A stretch of DNA of 64,000 nucleotides from Tubulanus polymorphus (taxonomy: Eukaryota; Animalia; Nemertea). Of this stretch, positions 58,275 to 64,000 are shown one piece after another; the stretch's first letter is position 1; each line of letters starts with the position of its first letter. The stretch lies in the NCBI RefSeq assembly GCF_964204645.1, contig NC_134028.1:6386001-6450000 (forward strand). The letters are read 5' to 3'. The position numbers and the translations under genes are program-made. The notes under the pieces were generated by a model, which was given only the letters and a program-made list of their open reading frames with translations, was not told the origin of the DNA and did not search any database.

Positions 58275-58678
58275 CTCTTCGCCTGCCACGCCTATTTTTC
58301 AGGAAATGCTGCGCTTAGACAGGATTTCCGCGTTTTTACAGAAATTTATATAACAAAATTTAGAGAAATTTTCATCAAAATTGGTTTTATTCTGTTCATC
58401 TAGTCTAGCTTTCTCATGTCAAATTAGTAGTATTTCATCTTAGAATGATAAGGTCTGTAGTGATCACCAGTGTAGAGGGGTATTTCGCAGGAAATATGCC
58501 CTATCAGGCGTTATGAGCGCCCATTTCAATAGATGGCGACACTAACTAACACACTGCATAAAACGACTGACAATCTGCTTCAGTAGTAGAAGGCATTAAA
58601 CTAACTGATTAATTCGCCATCTATTATTAATGTTTAGAAACAAGTCAACCTACCAGGACGGTTTCGGCAGGCAAAGAG
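58275..58678. mobile_element. Possible TTAA-type MITE
   Basis: TTAA-CTCTTCGCCTGCC ... GGCAGGCAAAGAG-TTTT; the right-hand TSD is imperfect. Confidence 0.5.
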
Positions 58679-58871
58679 TTTTATAAACAGTTGTAGAGGA
58701 AAGCAACTGGATTAAATGCTGGCATTTAAACATTACAGCAAGGTCTCACAGCACAACACGTAAGGTCCTTCAGCGCAGGTGGATATATTATTCGTAAATT
58801 TATCGTAAATATTTTTTTTTTCCATTGACTAGAGAAGTATTTTCGTTGACTCATTGCGCAATCTTGCACGC

Positions 58872-60996
58872 TTACACTCGCTGAATTTCAAATAGTTTGA
58901 CGTCGGTGTCGTACCAAATAGGCGGATCCACATTCCTGAAAATGAGGAAAATACCTTAGAAAATCTGAATTTGCAAAGTACACTAACTGCTAAAAAGATT
59001 TCAACCCAATATCGAGTAGAAAAAGTTTGCTAAGACTCTACGGTAAACAAGCTACAGGCGACAACGGTTCTCAGGCCCAGGATCGACTCTGTTGTCACTG
59101 ACATATGCATGAGGCACTTGGAAATTCCCATGCCTTAGTTTCCATTGTATTCTTTATATGTACCTAGGGCCAATAGCTAAATTTTGTCGACCCAACTTTT
59201 TGAATTCCGACCCTGTTCCTCAGTTCAGAGGTCATCTTCAAGTTCATGTTTTTAGCGCCTAAATCTGCCTCTAGTTGCCACACTGGGTCCATTCTTTACA
59301 CTGCACAACTAGACTCCCATACTTATATCGCACCCTAGTTTCACCCCTAATGACGAACGAAGCTATGTAGCTGAAAGCCAGACAGACAATACGAAAATGA
59401 GGGTCTCAACATGGAAGCCCGAGAACCAATGATGCGAGAACCATCTTAAAACTTAGCCAACACATGATTAATTTGATTCTCTTATTTTGAGTTAATCCAT
59501 TGATAATTAGAAATAGACAATCAAAACGTACCTAAGGTATATAACGCCCCACATGTAAGTTCTGAACCACATTGTTGTTCCGCTGTTTGCTTGATATTTG
59601 CGTATAAGTATTGGATGCGGCACGGGTAACAGTCCGACTAACGTCCCGTGCTGGAGAAACTTCAATATTTCACTCTCATCAGTTAAACCCCTTCAGAAAA
59701 TAAACACGAATACTCATTTCAAAAATGACACTGCATCAAAAGTCTGAGTTTCAAAAATCGTTTGAGTTAATGAAGCATGGGGAAAAGAATCAATGTTCAA
59801 CTTCAAGAAATTTTATCTCTCTTATCTTTGAGGACAAGTAACACAGTCCAAACTTGACCAATTGAGACTTATTTGAGGTGGGAAAATCGAATTTAATTTT
59901 AGTTCTCTATATGCAATCAAAAAAAAATTTTGAGTCATAATCCTTATTATGGATTGAAGACAATCATGACTTCAGCCACGACTGAGTAATTGGGCCAAAC
60001 TGTTAAAACAGTTTTTTTTTTGTTAGTAGGATAAGATAAATATTCAATTTTTCTCTCAGCGGATTCTTGCGAATCTTCGAGTCAACTTGAAACCAGGTAT
60101 GGAATTCATACGTACTTGTCAATGCAGATTTTTTCCACCTGGGGAACGAGAACTTGTAGTAATCTCATGATAGTTTGTAGAGGAAGCTTTTGTTTCCAGG
60201 ACATGACCCATTCCGGCGTGGCGACCCACGTAGCTGCCGAGTTCGCTAACAATGACCCAGTTCGACGTACGGGATGTCGTGTCTCTGATGTAACACTAGA
60301 CGGCGCTGGACTCGAAGGAGGAGTAGGCTGCAGATATAAATATTAGAAATATTTTACAGGGTGGCTCCTTTTATCTGATTTGCTTTTTCCCTGACTGTTC
60401 TCTGGCTTGTAAGTTGTTTTCTCAGACTTGATCTGCTAACAATCTAATCAATTAACACAGCCAAATATGTAAAACATAGATAGAAACTGTTTGATTTTAC
60501 GCACGATCTAGCCATCTCAACAAACTTCACTGATTTTCAGCTATTTTACGAAATTCCCTGACTTTTCTATAGAAAAGAAAATTTTCTAACTTTCCCTGAT
60601 AACCAGGTAAGTGGCCAACCTGTTTTACAACCACATTTTTGAGAATGAATTCTTTACGCGATCCAAAAACAAATTTTTCGATGAAATTTCCCACTAAATA
60701 TCTATTTACCAAACTTTTTGTTCTTGGCATTCTTGTTTTATTCTCGTCGCGTTGGGCCTCGGATCCCGATTCAGCGCCGCTGCTGACGACCTCGTCTTTA
60801 TCGGGACGAGCCGACTCGGCGATCTCGCGTAACGTCTGCTGTTTGCTCGGCGACTGTTGCCGCGACGACGGCTGCGACGACGATGGTGACGGTTGTGCCG
60901 GTTGCACTGTCGTATCATTGTTCAACACCGGATCGTGAGCCTCGGGCGAGTTTTGATGCGCCGACGCGGTTGAGGTTTCCGTCATTCGTTCGATTG
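58872..60996 (-). CDS. HID1: Protein HID1, last four exons (gene continues beyond the window end)
   Basis: Exons 60710-60996, 60116-60327, 59532-59690, 58872-58935. WVATPEWVMSWKQKLPLQTIMRLLQVLVPQVEKICIDKGLTDESEILKFLQHGTLVGLLPVPHPILIRKYQANSGTTMWFRTYMWGVIYLRNVDPPIWYDTDVKLFEIQRV* matches the conserved HID1 C-terminus. Confidence 0.94.
59163..59432. mobile_element. Dispersed repeat (HINE-like) with an inverted partial copy at ~51215-51358
   Basis: CTAGGGCCAATAGCTAAATTTTGTC..AGAGGTCATCTTCAAG..CAGACAGAC..AATGAGGGTCTCA is the reverse complement of TGAGACCCTTATT..CTTGAAGATGACCTCT..GACAAATTAAGCTATTGGTCCTAG in a CNOT3 intron. Confidence 0.7.
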
Positions 60997-62639
60997 CTAA
61001 AATAAGGAAATAAGATTTCTGCCAATTAGAAATCAATATGCACGAATATAGAGTACCTGGGAAGAGCGCCTATTCAGAGCTGCCAACTGCAGGGCAAAAT
61101 ATCAGAAATGGTCTCTATCTAAAGATGAATGAAGCTCATAAGAGTATTTTTCAAAATCAAATCTCATTTTCGACAAGAATAATGTTTCTGAAATTGATGA
61201 TGAAAAACAAATGAACTAAAAGAAGGATTACTGAGGGATCCTGGGTGTCACCAGAAGGGGGTCAGGCGTATAGACGATCCCTTTTTAAATCCAAAATCCA
61301 TTGTTTAGTTACAAATTATGTTATTCTACATTTCGGAAATTTCATAAATACTTTGCCTTAAAAGCTCCAGAAAATGCCCCTCAAGCTTCGAATTTAAAAA
61401 ATTTAGACTATTTGAGAACATTCAAGCAATTTCCAGGATTCAGGTTGTTAACCTTCAGCCCTTGGGGGATACGGTGCAAAGTATGGCATAGTTCCGCTTG
61501 AATTTATTTCGACCCCCCTATATAAATCCTAGTGACACTCATGGGGACAATCATCGATAAAGCTGGCAGCTCTGCGAGGACTCTTGCCAGACTAATAGTT
61601 TCAAAAAAAGAAACTTGATATTTTATTAGTATCTAATATTAATTGTAGTTATATCATAGTAATCAATGATGTTATCAAGCATAAGAAATAAAGTAAATTA
61701 ACCAGGAAACAAAGCAAGAGGTCTTTTGCAAGCTTCGTTGAGAGGAAGCGCGCAATAAAGAGAGATTATCCACATCCAAGCGAGAGCGGACTAGAGAGAA
61801 ATAAGAAAAAGAAGAAGATGGCATCGATAGAACATCGTGAATCAATGAAGTGTAAAAGAATCAAAGAGGACGAAGACAGAAAAGGAATCTAGAAAAGGAG
61901 CCCGAAGCCCAATTACTGCGAGTAACAATTTAGTGGAAGTTACATCAATTTAGAAATTGCTCGGACAGTTGACAGCTCTGAATAGCTTACAAATAGGATT
62001 CAATTGCAGTTTCATTGCTGATTATATTAACGATTGTTTCAGAGACTAGTCAGGATTTCACTGGGCATAGCCAGGCATAAATTAGCCACATAAGCCGAGG
62101 ATTGTTCTATTAATCAGACATGCTGGAAATGAGTAAAAAAAAAACGACGCTGATTTTCGTGCTGTAAAAAATTTACATGGAAAAAAAACCTGCCCTCGAT
62201 GTAAAAAGGTATGTAGCCATTTGATAATGAGTTACTCCCACTACGCAGACGTCTTCAATTAGAAAAGTTATTTCTTTTTCATCTAACGAATCACCAGTTT
62301 CAGAAAGGATTTATAGTTAATCACCGTAAATTTTCGATGATAGAATTTTCAACATGAAATTACGTCGAGTCGCTGATTTAGCCGAGACTCATTTGTCAGA
62401 TTTTAGCTAATCAGATATTCAAAACTAATTATCAGCGACTAATGAAGTTTTGGGCACTCATGAAACTGGGGGGCACGGAAACATTCTATTCAACCTCAAT
62501 GATATAACTTATATAACTTTTAATTACGATCGATGTTGCATTACAATGAGTAATAACTCACACAGATTTTATATGTACCACTGACTGAGTTTCACAAAAC
62601 TAATGGGAATAAATTTTCAGTTGTTGAATGTTGGTTTAA

Positions 62640-62898
62640 CCCCTTCAGTGTATCTACACCGCTGCAGTGTCGTGTATAAATCGGTGATGGACTTATCTTA
62701 GTACACAGCATCACAGTGTATTGATGTTCTTAGTAATTAGTTTTTAGCTTTATTGCTAGATGGCAGCACCTGTTAAGCAGTGAATGAAATTTTGTGTTGT
62801 CCCTCTAACAGCTATATCGACACACTGTGATAGAATTTTGTTAAATTTTCAAATCATTTGCAGAACTTAGGGGTACCAATCAGTCAGCACTGAAAGGG
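62640..62898. mobile_element. piggyBac-type MITE (TTAA TSD)
   Basis: TTAA-CCCCTTCAGTG ... CACTGAAAGGG-TTAA. Related copies at ~11775-12062, ~16095-16272 and ~29856-30093 share TACACCGC..CGGTGTA, GGTGATGGACT and GATGGCAGCAC motifs. Confidence 0.82.
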
Positions 62899-64000
62899 TT
62901 AATGAAAATAAGAATTAGGAACTAATCATATGGCATATTGTGAAACTCTGGCCAAGATTTGAATAAAAGCGATATCTACGAAACCGGCCGCTCGGTTCAA
63001 GTGTAACTATGACCTCTGCGTAGAGAGTACGTAACCGTTTTATCAGCGGTTATGGGATATGATTTATTATTATTCTGAGTGAAACGACTCTACCTTTCGT
63101 GCGAGACTTGTTCGCTACATGTCTAGCAGACGTACTATGTCGATGCAGTTTGGTTTCTCTATAGGGTTTTCCTAACGCAAATAACATGTACATACATGTA
63201 TAGCTGTGTGTTTCGATACTCGAGCATTCGGTTTAGGAAATCGATGAATTCGACCCACCCGCTGTAGGCCGCAGCTCGATTCATAGGGCTTCGCAATCGG
63301 AAATGGATTGCGAAGTCAAAGTATGCACTAGGTTCAGGTAGTTATGTATGACAATGTTTAAGTGATTTCAAAACCAAGGTATTCTAGTTTGTAAATCAAT
63401 GCAGTAGACTCGGCCACTGAATAGTTTGAATTCTGCTAAGGCTTTCATGACAAGGATAATTTTCAGCCATGGTAAGAAGCAAACAGATTAACTGGTACTC
63501 AGGATAAGGAGAAATCTACTGTAGTAGTAACTAGCAAAGGTATCTTCATTAAGGTTATGAAACATCATCCCAATTCAAAACGCTATCATCAAGAACCCAG
63601 GTCCATATTATCAAATAGTGACAAAGATTAATTGACCATCAATTATTGAACTCACAAAATTATGGAACAAAGCCCTCTTTATTTTACCCGTTTCCATAAA
63701 ATATAGTGCAAGACTCAGCCACAGTCGTGAGATAATACCGTAAAGTAAATTGATTTTCAATTGCCGTAAATCCTAAGATTAAATGATTTCACTACTGAAG
63801 AAACTTGATACAAAAGCCGTGATCACATTGAGATGATTTGGTCCGGGCCAAATTGGCACCGCTTTGGCCTGAGTCAAATTTGGCAAGTGTCTAATTAGAG
63901 AGCGCTTTCACCCATAAACCACTCACTCGATACTAAACAATGACAAGTTGCAATTAACACGCAACAATTTTGGCCGGTTCAAACATTTTTAGTTTGGCCT

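Overview
AT-rich eukaryotic (invertebrate, probably lophotrochozoan) genomic DNA with short GT-AG introns, so most ORF-track entries are exon fragments or antisense shadows. Spliced genes reconstructed by eye, in order: gamma-butyrobetaine dioxygenase-like (-, 3' end outside the window); VDAC (-), head-to-head with a Smurf C2-WW-HECT E3 ligase (+); an intronless orphan class A GPCR with an internally deleted pseudogene copy; diacylglycerol lipase beta (-); CNOT3 (+); and the last four exons of HID1 (-). Between the divergent DAGLB and CNOT3 promoters lies an ~8 kb accessory-looking block. It holds a near-identical 1,966-bp tandem duplication of a second intronless GPCR, an unrecognised ~760-aa ORF (two mutually similar beta-propeller-like domains joined by a 25-aa tandem-repeat linker) and a GC-rich, self-complementary non-coding segment. 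Introns carry many MITEs (9-bp TSD, TTAA and hAT-like families) and one Helentron/pearl-like element with 154-bp repeats. No rRNA, tRNA or CRISPR was found. All calls come from reading the sequence, not from database searches.
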